Source: a virus (Duplodnaviria > Caudoviricetes). Taken from it: a stretch of DNA of 59,120 nt. The notes beneath the pieces were generated by a model, which ran no database searches, was not told the origin of the DNA, and saw only the letters and a program-made list of their open reading frames with translations. Shown here in pieces: positions 1 to 8,612 of this stretch. The stretch spans positions 1 through 59,120 of the IMG/VR virus record IMGVR_UViG_3300023180_000059; one strand, written 5' to 3'. Within the stretch, counting starts at the first letter, position 1, and every line of letters begins with the position of its first letter. Made by a program: the position numbers and the translations under genes.

Positions 1-126
1 AATATTACCGAGGGAATAGAGACTACATTCCCTGAACTATCCGATTACGACACCCCTTCATGGGTGAAAGAATCCTACCCACAAAAATCTTTTGATGCTA
101 GTACAATAGACCTTGAGAAGCAAAAG
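1..126. repeat. Terminal overlap identical to 58989-59114 (circular assembly)
   Basis: aatattaccgag...gagaagcaaaag is present at both ends; the reading frame is continuous across the join. Confidence 0.95.
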
Positions 127-318
127 TATTTGTTCCTCATGAATCAACTAGCGCACCCAAAAGCCGATTTAGGAAAGTATCTACAAGGCGATATGTCATT
201 GTTTGACTATTGGGCGAAATACCATTGGGCGGGAGATGAGTCTGATCTAGCGGATAGAAAAGCCAACTTTGATGCAAGGATGGAAGCATATGACAAAAAA
301 CTAACACAACAAAACTAA
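1..318 (+). CDS. C-terminal part of the origin-spanning ~296-aa protein starting at 58416 (lysozyme/transglycosylase-like region)
   Basis: Frame open from nt 1 (NITEGIETTF...YWAKYHWAG) and in frame with the 58416 ORF. Confidence 0.8.
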   Translation, partial: NITEGIETTFPELSDYDTPSWVKESYPQKSFDASTIDLEKQKYLFLMNQLAHPKADLGKYLQGDMSLFDYWAKYHWAGDESDLADRKANFDARMEAYDKKLTQQN

Positions 319-603
319 TTGGTAATGACACCAAAAGAGATATCAGAAAACACAGTAGTAGGTCTATCACTAAAGACTATCGGCGCACTTGCGGGTGCAG
401 TAGGCATTATCACAATAGGATACTTCGATCTTCAAGCCGGGATTGAGGAAGCAAAAGCCTTGCCAGAGCCTGTGATTAGCCGAACGGAATATGACCTAAA
501 AGATGAGCTTGTTCGTGAGACAATCATGAACACGCAAGAGGATGTTGAGGATATTAAGTTGCAATTAGATAAAATAGAAGAACGCTTATTTGAGATGAAA
601 TGA
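319..603 (+). CDS. Membrane-anchored protein with C-terminal coiled coil
   Basis: Hydrophobic TIGALAGAVGIITIGYF followed by a heptad-like tail; coupled to the next gene. Confidence 0.7.
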   Translation: MVMTPKEISENTVVGLSLKTIGALAGAVGIITIGYFDLQAGIEEAKALPEPVISRTEYDLKDELVRETIMNTQEDVEDIKLQLDKIEERLFEMK

Positions 604-959
604 AACACCTAGTCCTAGCCTCAATACTGCTCCTAATACCCTCTTCAGTAAACAACTTTAAAGACGAGAACATAAAAGTCAAAGGGGTTGTCATTGTACA
701 TTATAATGCCGAGTTTAATTCTACCAATAATTATGTTGATGTAGCAAGAGTGAAAGATTGTAAAGTATTTACCGCTTGGATAGACAAAGAACCTAAACTC
801 AAACAAGAACAAGGTATTAGATCAGTACCAACCATCATCCTCTATAATAATGGTAAGGAGTTTAAGCGTTGGGAGGCAGGACTCAAAATGAAATTAGATA
901 TCCACTACTCGGAACTCCAACAAGAAGTTGATAAGTTAACCGGGGCAAATAAATGGTAA
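600..959 (+). CDS. Secreted thioredoxin-fold protein lacking CxxC
   Basis: Signal peptide; VVIVHYNAEFN where FxAxWCxxC would be; GIRSVPTIILYNNGKE cis-Pro motif. Confidence 0.7.
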   Translation: MKHLVLASILLLIPSSVNNFKDENIKVKGVVIVHYNAEFNSTNNYVDVARVKDCKVFTAWIDKEPKLKQEQGIRSVPTIILYNNGKEFKRWEAGLKMKLDIHYSELQQEVDKLTGANKW

Positions 960-960
960 T

Positions 961-2082
961 ATGAGAGCAACTGCCCTAATCACATTTTTTATTTTATCAT
1001 CTCCGGTCTTCGCTCAAAATCTAGTCAAGGACTTTTTTAAGTATAGCACAGTTTATACGAGTGCTATGGCTGCGTCACCTATGGAGGCGCAAACGGAATA
1101 CTTTGTAACTCAAGGTGGTGACTTGCAAGACATCACTATTGAAAACCCATTTGATTATCGCACGACTATTGGTGTTCGCCGTGTAGCAAGGTTTGATTAT
1201 GAGAATCGTCAAAATAGATTCTATGATGGTCACAACCAATCTAACACCTCCACAAGTTCTACAGTGGGATCAGTAAATGGTTTTGAATATCTAGCACAAT
1301 ACGATCAGGGTCGCCAACAAGGTAGAGAGTATATCAATCAACGATACTTCTTGAGATACCTTTCAAAGTATTGGATGATAAAAGGTGAGTACTATGACCA
1401 AGGTCTTGTCAATCTAAACTATACACAAATTGATTCTCGATTACGCATACATGTAGGCGAGTTAGATTTTAGTGCGGGTGTTGCTGCACGCCAACACCTT
1501 CCATATGGATACAATCCAATCGGAGTCTACCTACAAAATAATGCTTGGTGGGAACTTGCATTTGAATACGGATACGAAGACTACTTCTACCAAATCGACT
1601 ACGATCTTGATGGAGAAACGGAGAGTTACGATTGGTATTGGGAAGATATGTACGGCGTAAGAGTTGCTGACACCGATGAGGATTTTAGACGATATATCTA
1701 CGGAGACATTGTTAATGACTACAATAAAGCTCGTTTTGATGAGGTCGGAATTCTTGGTTCTTTATCTGCTATCTTTGGGGTGGATTATTACCACTACACG
1801 GAAGACTTCTGGATTCATTCATGGTCTAATGTGTTGCCTTATCATTCACATATTTTGGGAGACCATATGTTCTCTTACAAGAATTTTGTAGAGCATGAGT
1901 GTGGACCAGAGTGTATGGAGGATATGCACAAAGGAGTACAATGGGTTGATTACTCAACGGGTCTGATCTTGGGACATAAGGTCGGATTGCATTGGGGCTT
2001 CTTCGTGGAGGGCGAATACATGAAGTATTGGGATAGACAACTCTATTCCGTGAAGTGTGGGCTTAACTACCAATTTAGATAA
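961..2082 (+). CDS. Putative outer-membrane beta-barrel protein
   Basis: Signal peptide VFA|Q, aromatic-rich alternating strands, C-terminal GLNYQF motif. Confidence 0.6.
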   Translation: MRATALITFFILSSPVFAQNLVKDFFKYSTVYTSAMAASPMEAQTEYFVTQGGDLQDITIENPFDYRTTIGVRRVARFDYENRQNRFYDGHNQSNTSTSSTVGSVNGFEYLAQYDQGRQQGREYINQRYFLRYLSKYWMIKGEYYDQGLVNLNYTQIDSRLRIHVGELDFSAGVAARQHLPYGYNPIGVYLQNNAWWELAFEYGYEDYFYQIDYDLDGETESYDWYWEDMYGVRVADTDEDFRRYIYGDIVNDYNKARFDEVGILGSLSAIFGVDYYHYTEDFWIHSWSNVLPYHSHILGDHMFSYKNFVEHECGPECMEDMHKGVQWVDYSTGLILGHKVGLHWGFFVEGEYMKYWDRQLYSVKCGLNYQFR

Positions 2083-2084
2083 CG

Positions 2085-2267
2085 ATGAAACATTTGAAAG
2101 TATTTTGGCTCTGGATTAAGGAGACACACAAAAGATTTTGGGCTTATTGGTTTGGCTACACCGAAGCCGATGAAAAAGTTATAGCAGCATTGAGGGAAGC
2201 GCAGTCTCGTATTACGAAGGCTGTGGAAGAAGCCGATGATGTTATAGATGCCTTGAAGGGCAAGTAG
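2085..2267 (+). CDS. Small hypothetical protein
   Basis: 60-aa ORF tightly packed after the previous stop; Trp-rich amphipathic N-terminus. Confidence 0.65.
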   Translation: MKHLKVFWLWIKETHKRFWAYWFGYTEADEKVIAALREAQSRITKAVEEADDVIDALKGK

Positions 2268-2297
2268 TTACCTCAACATTTTTTTAACCTTTTAAAC

Positions 2298-2305
2298 TAT
2301 CTTTG
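2298..2305 (+). promoter_or_regulatory. Bacteroidetes -7 promoter element TATCTTTG
   Basis: TAnnTTTG immediately before ATG 2308. Confidence 0.6.
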
Positions 2306-2307
2306 TA

Positions 2308-2415
2308 ATGCAAGGACAAGACTCTTTTGCCTCATGGGTAAACGAATTAGAAACAGCGGATCAGCCAACATGTAACATTTCAAACCCAGAGGAATGTGAA
2401 GCGTGTGGCTCATGA
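2308..2415 (+). CDS. 35-aa peptide resembling the ribonucleotide reductase alpha C-terminal tail
   Basis: Manual translation MQGQDSFASWVNELETADQPTCNISNPEECEACGS*; below the ORF-track cutoff. Confidence 0.7.
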   Translation: MQGQDSFASWVNELETADQPTCNISNPEECEACGS

Positions 2416-2466
2416 TGTGGTGTGCAACTGAACCCATAGAATGCCCGTGTGGAAAGTGTAAGTGTG

Positions 2467-2637
2467 ATGAAAGTAAAAAGAAAAAGCAAAAACGAAGTAA
2501 TGGTAAAAGCCCCAAGTGGTTACCATTGGATGAATCAGAGAGGTCGCTACTACCTTATGCCTCATGAGGGGAAGTTTAAACCCCATGATGGTGCATCATT
2601 AGAGATGCCTTTCAAAGTGATTACACAACACAAGTAA
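2467..2637 (+). CDS. Small basic hypothetical protein
   Basis: MKVKRKSKNEVMVKAPSGYHWM...; ends before a terminator. Confidence 0.6.
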   Translation: MKVKRKSKNEVMVKAPSGYHWMNQRGRYYLMPHEGKFKPHDGASLEMPFKVITQHK

Positions 2638-2642
2638 AAGAG

Positions 2643-2672
2643 ACCGCTCCAATAGGGGCGGTTTTATTTTTT
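2643..2672 (+). terminator. Rho-independent terminator
   Basis: accgctcc-aata-ggggcggt plus T tract. Confidence 0.75.
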
Positions 2673-2679
2673 ATCTTTG
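2672..2679 (+). promoter_or_regulatory. Bacteroidetes -7 promoter TATCTTTG (probably leaderless transcript)
   Basis: 4 nt between the element and ATG 2684. Confidence 0.65.
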
Positions 2680-2683
2680 TTTC

Positions 2684-3076
2684 ATGGCTACAACCTCCAA
2701 GAAAAAGAACCCTGCGTTATGGAAAAGGATTGTTGCTCGTATCAAGGCGGGTAGCAAAGGAGGTGGTCCAGGACAGTGGTCTGCTCGTAAAGCTCAACTC
2801 GCTGTCGCTGCATATAAGAAAGCCGGTGGTGGCTATAAGGGTAAGAAGTTAAAAAATAATAGCCTATCCAAATGGACAAAGCAAAAATGGACAACAAGCG
2901 ATGGTAAGCCAAGTGAAGGTAAGAAGAGATACCTACCGGCTAAAGCATGGAAAAATCTTACAGCAAGTGAGAAGCGGGCTACAAACGCAGCCAAGGCAAA
3001 AGGAAACAAAAAAGGAAAGCAATTCGTAAAGCAACCTAAAGCCGTAGCAAAAAAGACTGCCCAATATCGTAAGTAG
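2684..3076 (+). CDS. Highly basic DUF5872-like protein
   Basis: GGPGQWSARKAQL...KWTKQKW...RYLP motifs. Confidence 0.75.
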   Translation: MATTSKKKNPALWKRIVARIKAGSKGGGPGQWSARKAQLAVAAYKKAGGGYKGKKLKNNSLSKWTKQKWTTSDGKPSEGKKRYLPAKAWKNLTASEKRATNAAKAKGNKKGKQFVKQPKAVAKKTAQYRK

Positions 3077-3110
3077 AAAAACATTATTTTTGTAACACAA
3101 ACATTATATC

Positions 3111-3875
3111 ATGAAAGTAAAATACGGGAAAGGTGGATCTTCTGATGGGATGTACGCAGAGGCGGGTGCGCTGATCACGGGTCTCGCTAAAAACAAGAAC
3201 TTGCGTGAAGCCATGAAGGCAGAAATCGCAAAGTATGAGAATGGTGGCTCTGTCACAGGAGGTGATAAAGGCGATAAAGGAGCTAAAGGAGAGACCCCAG
3301 GAAAATTCGTGGGCATGGAAATTACCATGGTTAACGATAAGGAAGGCAACGAAAAAAGAGCGAATCAGGCTCTATTAGACTCCCTAATATATAACGAAAC
3401 TACTGGTAATCTTCAAAACGAAGAGGGTGAGCGAATGTATATAGGTAGTGTAGGGCTTCCCCTTTCAAAAGAAGCAGCACTAGAATTAAGACAGGCAGAA
3501 AGGGCATTTGTCGAGTCTTCACAGGAATCTGACCATGCAGAATATGCACGCGAGGTGGGCTATCGAAATCCTAAAGCCGCAGACACTAAAAAAGGACAAA
3601 GGTTAAGAGAGAAAAGAAATGATGAGACTTGGGATAGGCAGAGTGCTGCCCTCGATGCCGAAAGCGATCAATTCGATAATCTATTGGCTCTATATGACAA
3701 ATATAATATTCCTCAAGATCAGAGATTTATTAGAGCAGAGAAAAGCGGTTTAACAGGTGATATTATCTACGTTACCAACAGTACCGATGAGATGAAATCC
3801 GCAAGTAACCGCTGGACTGGAGGAGACCTGCAAAGTAGAACAGGGTATAATAAGGCTGTAAAATACGGAAAGTAG
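3111..3875 (+). CDS. Putative virion cargo protein, paralog A
   Basis: First ~54 aa nearly identical to the 3881 ORF; KYGKGG and KYENGG motifs; TATTTTTG at 3085. Confidence 0.65.
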   Translation: MKVKYGKGGSSDGMYAEAGALITGLAKNKNLREAMKAEIAKYENGGSVTGGDKGDKGAKGETPGKFVGMEITMVNDKEGNEKRANQALLDSLIYNETTGNLQNEEGERMYIGSVGLPLSKEAALELRQAERAFVESSQESDHAEYAREVGYRNPKAADTKKGQRLREKRNDETWDRQSAALDAESDQFDNLLALYDKYNIPQDQRFIRAEKSGLTGDIIYVTNSTDEMKSASNRWTGGDLQSRTGYNKAVKYGK

Positions 3876-3880
3876 TAACT

Positions 3881-4540
3881 ATGAAAGTAAAATATGGGAA
3901 AGGCGGGTCATCCAACGAGATGTATGCCGAAGCCGGTGCGCTGATCACAGGTCTTGCTAAAAACAAAGAGTTGCGTGATGCTATGAAAGCAGAAATCGCA
4001 AAATACGAAGATGGCGGTTCTGTTACAGGAGGCGACAAAGGAAAGAAAAAACCTGGCGGTGGTTCAACCGACATGGACAAGGATGCAATGGATCCGGAAG
4101 TGGTTGGACAACAAGTTAATCTTTCAAGACCCAATCAAGCCGAGTATAAAGCAGCCAGTGTACGAAGAGAGGACTTGACCGATGAGCAATGGGATTATGC
4201 TCAAACCACTTTGGGCGATAGAATTAGCAGGAGGCTTTTAGATAATTGGGCATTAAGTTCTAATGAAAAAGATAAGATTACACAAGCGTGGATCGCGGGT
4301 AGCTCTGAAGGACTGTCCTCCTCACAAACGAAGGTTTATAACAAGTATAAGAATTCTTTCAGGAGCGAACTTCATAGCGATATGATCGATCAAGGTCTTT
4401 ATGAAACCCGTTATATAGATAAAAAAACTCGTCAACTTGTTAGTCCAGAGCTAATTAAATCTATGCAAGAGCGTGGTCTTGATTTTGTCACAGATCAGCC
4501 GGGTCTTAATGCTACTTACACCATTGGGAAAAAACGCTAA
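3881..4540 (+). CDS. Putative virion cargo protein, paralog B
   Basis: Shares the N-terminal leader with 3111; unrelated C-terminus. Confidence 0.65.
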   Translation: MKVKYGKGGSSNEMYAEAGALITGLAKNKELRDAMKAEIAKYEDGGSVTGGDKGKKKPGGGSTDMDKDAMDPEVVGQQVNLSRPNQAEYKAASVRREDLTDEQWDYAQTTLGDRISRRLLDNWALSSNEKDKITQAWIAGSSEGLSSSQTKVYNKYKNSFRSELHSDMIDQGLYETRYIDKKTRQLVSPELIKSMQERGLDFVTDQPGLNATYTIGKKR

Positions 4541-4550
4541 TAGTGAAAAT

Positions 4551-4581
4551 AAAAAGAGGGGCTAACGCCCCTCTTCTTTTT
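4551..4581. terminator. Bidirectional terminator
   Basis: A tract, aagaggggc-taac-gcccctctt, T tract, between convergent genes. Confidence 0.8.
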
Positions 4582-4632
4582 GATACCGATCAGTCAAACC
4601 AAAACCTATAAATCGGTATCGACCCTAAACAA

Positions 4633-4989
4633 TTATTTATTTGCCTTAACCCCTTTCTTCATGATGTCTCCTACAGTCTGTAAGACACCATCATCGTTTT
4701 CAATTACGGCTAGAATCACAACCCAATCATCGTAATCAAATTCTCTTGCTAGTAAGACCCGTTCCCACAAAGCAGGGGCTTGATACCAACTTTCACAAGA
4801 CTCAAATAGATTGTTTTGTAAAGTAAATAAATCATCAGCATTGGACACATCGTATATGTACCAACCCTCTTTGTAAAAGGTGGTTTCGATGTTTGTAGCA
4901 TCAAATACTTCTTGGATTCTCGATGGGACTTCTTGTCCCTTTGCTGTTACTCCTAGGAAAATTAGGACAGCCAACATCATTTTCTTCAT
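4633..4989 (-). CDS. Secreted/periplasmic hypothetical protein (moron-like)
   Basis: Start re-assigned to MKKMMLAVLIFLGVTAKG|Q; lone minus-strand gene in the late arm. Confidence 0.7.
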   Translation of the reverse strand: MKKMMLAVLIFLGVTAKGQEVPSRIQEVFDATNIETTFYKEGWYIYDVSNADDLFTLQNNLFESCESWYQAPALWERVLLAREFDYDDWVVILAVIENDDGVLQTVGDIMKKGVKANK

Positions 4990-5081
4990 GACTATTTTAT
5001 TTAATTGGTTAATTATATTAACAATACTAACACATCTTTTCCACATATGCAACCCCCGGGCTAAAAAAAAGATATAATAGG

Positions 5082-5089
5082 TATATTTG
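5082..5089 (+). promoter_or_regulatory. Bacteroidetes -7 promoter TATATTTG for the scaffold/capsid operon
   Basis: TAnnTTTG upstream of ATG 5113. Confidence 0.65.
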
Positions 5090-5112
5090 TATCATAATTT
5101 AAATTTATCCAT

Positions 5113-6213
5113 ATGGCTAGTTCAGTTCAATCTTCACTTGAGCAGGCAGCATCTGCGATGGGAGTCGAGATTAGTGACACCCCAAACTTTGAATCAGATG
5201 CCCAACCTCAAGAGTCGCAACCGCAAGAAGTAAATGAAGTACAGGAAAGCGTACAAGAAAGCGTACAAGAACCTGTACAAGAAGATATTGAGCAACCCGT
5301 TGCTGAAACGGAAAGTTCTTTGACAAACGAGGTAGACGAAGATGTAGACATTGACTCACTAATGCTACAATACTACAATGAGAAATTCGGCGTAGAACAT
5401 AGTTCGTGGGACGACATACAATCTAGTACACCTCAAACAGAGCCAAATGAGTTGCCAGAAGCAATTAAGATTATTGCCGATTTTGTAGAGCAAACGGGTC
5501 GAAGCCCCGAAGACTGGTTCCGCTACCAACAACTTAACCCATCCGAAATGGATGATATGACTGTGGTGCGTATTAGTCTAGCCCAACAGAATCCTGATCT
5601 TAATCAATCTGAACTAGACCTTTTAATTTCAAGGAAGTACAAACTTGATGAGAATCGTTTTGATAACGATGAGATCGAGTATTCTAAATTGCAATTAAAA
5701 CTAGATGCGAAGACTGCTCGGCAAGAGATTGACAATGTCCGAAATGGATTCAAGCTCCCCGCACAGACAGAGACTGCTCAAGAGGTTCAAAGTCCAATAG
5801 ACGACAATTGGATTTCTTCTATGTCCAACACTGTAGATAATATCGAAGGGTTGACATTTGAATTAGGTGGTGGTGACGAGTTCACCTTTACCTTGGGAGA
5901 AAATTACAAGAGTCAACTAAAGGACAAAAACACTCGATTAGATGAGTTCTTTGACCCTTATGTTAATGATCGGGGAGATTGGAATCATGAATTGTTGAGT
6001 TCTCATAGAGCGGTTATCGATAATATCGAGAACATTGTTCGTGCTGCCTACCAATATGGTTTAGGTAAAGGACAAAAGAAAATCGTTGAGAGAGCAGCAA
6101 ATATTGATGCCTCTTCTCCAAATCAACAAAGTAGAGGAGAAACAAATCAAGTTGAGAAACAAATCATGGATGCCCTATTTAAAGGAGGGGATACATTGAT
6201 GCGATTTAAGTAA
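5113..6213 (+). CDS. Putative capsid scaffolding protein
   Basis: Acidic, disordered N-terminus and helical body, directly upstream of the major capsid gene. Confidence 0.7.
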   Translation: MASSVQSSLEQAASAMGVEISDTPNFESDAQPQESQPQEVNEVQESVQESVQEPVQEDIEQPVAETESSLTNEVDEDVDIDSLMLQYYNEKFGVEHSSWDDIQSSTPQTEPNELPEAIKIIADFVEQTGRSPEDWFRYQQLNPSEMDDMTVVRISLAQQNPDLNQSELDLLISRKYKLDENRFDNDEIEYSKLQLKLDAKTARQEIDNVRNGFKLPAQTETAQEVQSPIDDNWISSMSNTVDNIEGLTFELGGGDEFTFTLGENYKSQLKDKNTRLDEFFDPYVNDRGDWNHELLSSHRAVIDNIENIVRAAYQYGLGKGQKKIVERAANIDASSPNQQSRGETNQVEKQIMDALFKGGDTLMRFK

Positions 6214-6240
6214 TTTGTTTAAAGGCTAAATAAAAATATT

Positions 6241-7599
6241 ATGGCTATTACAGGTGCATTTAACGATGCAGACAGCCCTTCAGTAGGGAACATCCGCCGT
6301 GCAACGATTGATAAGTATTCAGCGTTGGGCGATTATATCGATGAAATCAACAAGCCGGATAATCGTGAGTTGTTGGTTAAAACTTTCGGAGACCAAGGTA
6401 TCACTGGTTTCTTGAAATTGACAGGAGCAGTTAAGTCGGCAGGTACTGCTGATCAAGTACAATGGTGGGAGGAGACTCGTCTTCACTCTGTTCAGAAGTA
6501 CACAGTATCAGGTAGTGCAATCGCTGCGGCTGAATCACAAACAGTTACTGTAGGTAGCAACGATACCAATGTTCGTGTTGGGGATGTTGTATTGCTTCCT
6601 GCTGGTGAGCGAGCTTATGTATCTGCGGTTACCGCTGGTACTTCATTTGTTATCAAGCACTTGTTGGAATCTAACCTTCCAGAGATTGCTGTAGGTAGCG
6701 GTGAGTTCGCAATCATCGGTAACTTGTATGCTCAAGGTACTGATCAACCAAGCCAATTCTTCGAAAGCAATGTCGTGAAGCGTACTAACGACTACATGAT
6801 TTTGAAAGAAGTATACAAGGTATCTGGTTCTCAAGCAACCAACATCGGTTGGATTAACTTGGGTAACGGAGACTACCGCTGGTACTTGAAGAATGAAGCA
6901 GACACTCGTCAGCGTTTCATGGACAAGCGTGAAATGATGATGTTGTTGGGTCAGAAGGTAACACAAAACGATTCTGCATTGAGCGGTATCGCTGGTTCAG
7001 AAGGTTACTTCGCAGCAATCGCTGATCGTGGTATCAATGTTACTGGTGGTGCAATGACTGCATTGAGCGACTTCGATGCTCTTATCAAAGAGTTCGACAA
7101 GCAAGGTGCTAACCCAGAGTACGCTCTATATGTGAATCGTACTCAAGACTTGGCTATCGATGACATGTTGGCTTCAGCAGGTCACACTGCTTCTGGTGGT
7201 ACGACTACAGGTTTGGCTGCTAACTTCGGTGCGTTCAACAACGATGCTAACATGGCAGTTAAATTAGGCTTCAAATCTTTCACTCGTGGTGGTTACACTT
7301 TCCACAAGCACGACTGGAAATTGTTGAACGATCCTACATTGTTGGGTTCAGGTGCTGAATTTATCGGTGCTGCGATTCCTTTGTCAACTGTTGTTGACCC
7401 TAAATCAGGAGACCGCAACCCATCTTTGGAGATGAACTACAAAGCGTCTAACGGCTACTCTCGTGAAATGGAACACTGGATTACAGGTTCTGTTCTAGGT
7501 GCTAGTACTGACGGCAATGACTTTGCACAGTTCAACTACCGCTCTGAAGTATGTTTGGTAACTCGTGGTGCTAACCGCCACGCTTTGATTACTGCATAA
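6241..7599 (+). CDS. Major capsid protein
   Basis: 452 aa, strongly biased codon usage, position after scaffold, followed by a terminator; capsid-like motifs (QWWEETRLH, GFKSFTRGGYTFHKHDW). Confidence 0.85.
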   Translation: MAITGAFNDADSPSVGNIRRATIDKYSALGDYIDEINKPDNRELLVKTFGDQGITGFLKLTGAVKSAGTADQVQWWEETRLHSVQKYTVSGSAIAAAESQTVTVGSNDTNVRVGDVVLLPAGERAYVSAVTAGTSFVIKHLLESNLPEIAVGSGEFAIIGNLYAQGTDQPSQFFESNVVKRTNDYMILKEVYKVSGSQATNIGWINLGNGDYRWYLKNEADTRQRFMDKREMMMLLGQKVTQNDSALSGIAGSEGYFAAIADRGINVTGGAMTALSDFDALIKEFDKQGANPEYALYVNRTQDLAIDDMLASAGHTASGGTTTGLAANFGAFNNDANMAVKLGFKSFTRGGYTFHKHDWKLLNDPTLLGSGAEFIGAAIPLSTVVDPKSGDRNPSLEMNYKASNGYSREMEHWITGSVLGASTDGNDFAQFNYRSEVCLVTRGANRHALITA

Positions 7600-7610
7600 T
7601 CAACTCTATA

Positions 7611-7643
7611 GATCGGGGGAGGGAAACCTTCCCCGGTCTTTTT
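7611..7643 (+). terminator. Rho-independent terminator
   Basis: gatcgggggaggg-aaa-ccttccccggtc plus T tract. Confidence 0.8.
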
Positions 7644-7674
7644 ATTTATTGGTTAATTAAATTCAATTTTTATC

Positions 7675-8499
7675 ATGGCAGCAACTGCTCAAAAGAAAGG
7701 TCCAGGGCGACCTCCAAAAAAGCCTTCTACTGAAAATGTAGCAATCGCTACTGCTCCTCCTAAAGTTCCAAGAAAGGATGTATGGGAGAAAAAAGACAAA
7801 CTATATCGTGTATTATCTGGAGGTGGTATTGTTTACTCATTACCTCAAACAGGTGTTACTATATATGATGAAAGCAAAAACACCATTCGTGAAATTCGCT
7901 ATTGTCCTAACGAAGCCTCTATTTGGCGTGATGAACAAAGTGAGTTTGCACAACGAGAGCATATCATGTTCCGTGATGGTTTGTTGTATGTGCCTTACAC
8001 AAAGCCCAACCTAATCGAGTACCTTACCAAGCACCCGGGAAATACGGAGAATGGTGGTAATCGTTTTGAGTTGGTTGATGATGCGAAGACGGCAGAGGAA
8101 CAGTTATCTACTGAATTCCAAATGCTAGATGCGGTTCAACTTGTTCGAGACAAAGAAATCGATGAACTGCTCCCGATCGCATTATTCTATAACATGAATG
8201 TAAACCGACCTTCAAGTGAGATTAGATTCGACCTGTTGCAAGAAGCTCGATCAAACCCAGCAAGTTTTATTAGTGCGTTTGACAACCCAATGGTTGCTGT
8301 GCGTTCTACAATTAAGACGGCAGAAATGTATCAAATCATCAAGAGCGATGAGTCTGGAACATATTGGTTTGATAGCGGTCGATTAATTGTATCTACACCT
8401 GTGGGTCAAGATAGTATTGATGTACTTGCTCGTTTCTGTATGACGGAAAAGGGTTCTCTCGTGCTATCCGAATTAGAGCAAAAGGTCTCACGACTATAG
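7675..8499 (+). CDS. Conserved phage protein downstream of the major capsid gene
   Basis: 274-aa ORF with IREIRYCPNE and YLTKHPGN motifs. Confidence 0.7.
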   Translation: MAATAQKKGPGRPPKKPSTENVAIATAPPKVPRKDVWEKKDKLYRVLSGGGIVYSLPQTGVTIYDESKNTIREIRYCPNEASIWRDEQSEFAQREHIMFRDGLLYVPYTKPNLIEYLTKHPGNTENGGNRFELVDDAKTAEEQLSTEFQMLDAVQLVRDKEIDELLPIALFYNMNVNRPSSEIRFDLLQEARSNPASFISAFDNPMVAVRSTIKTAEMYQIIKSDESGTYWFDSGRLIVSTPVGQDSIDVLARFCMTEKGSLVLSELEQKVSRL

Positions 8500-8550
8500 T
8501 AGAAATAATTTCACTCGTCACCTAGTGTGTTCGTATTACCTTTCTACTCG

Positions 8551-8582
8551 GAGGGGGCGGTCGATACCGCCCCTTTCTTTTT
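8551..8582 (+). terminator. Rho-independent terminator
   Basis: gggggcggt-cgat-accgcccc plus T tract. Confidence 0.8.
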
Positions 8583-8584
8583 GG

Positions 8585-8592
8585 TATATTTG
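8585..8592 (+). promoter_or_regulatory. Bacteroidetes -7 promoter TATATTTG
   Basis: TAnnTTTG right after the terminator and before the tail genes. Confidence 0.65.
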
Positions 8593-8612
8593 TAGAACAA
8601 TATATCACAGGT

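Noticed and set aside
3111-4050. Duplicated N-termini as a diversity-generating retroelement TR/VR pair
   Set aside because: Differences are mostly synonymous and not adenine-specific; no reverse transcriptase in the genome
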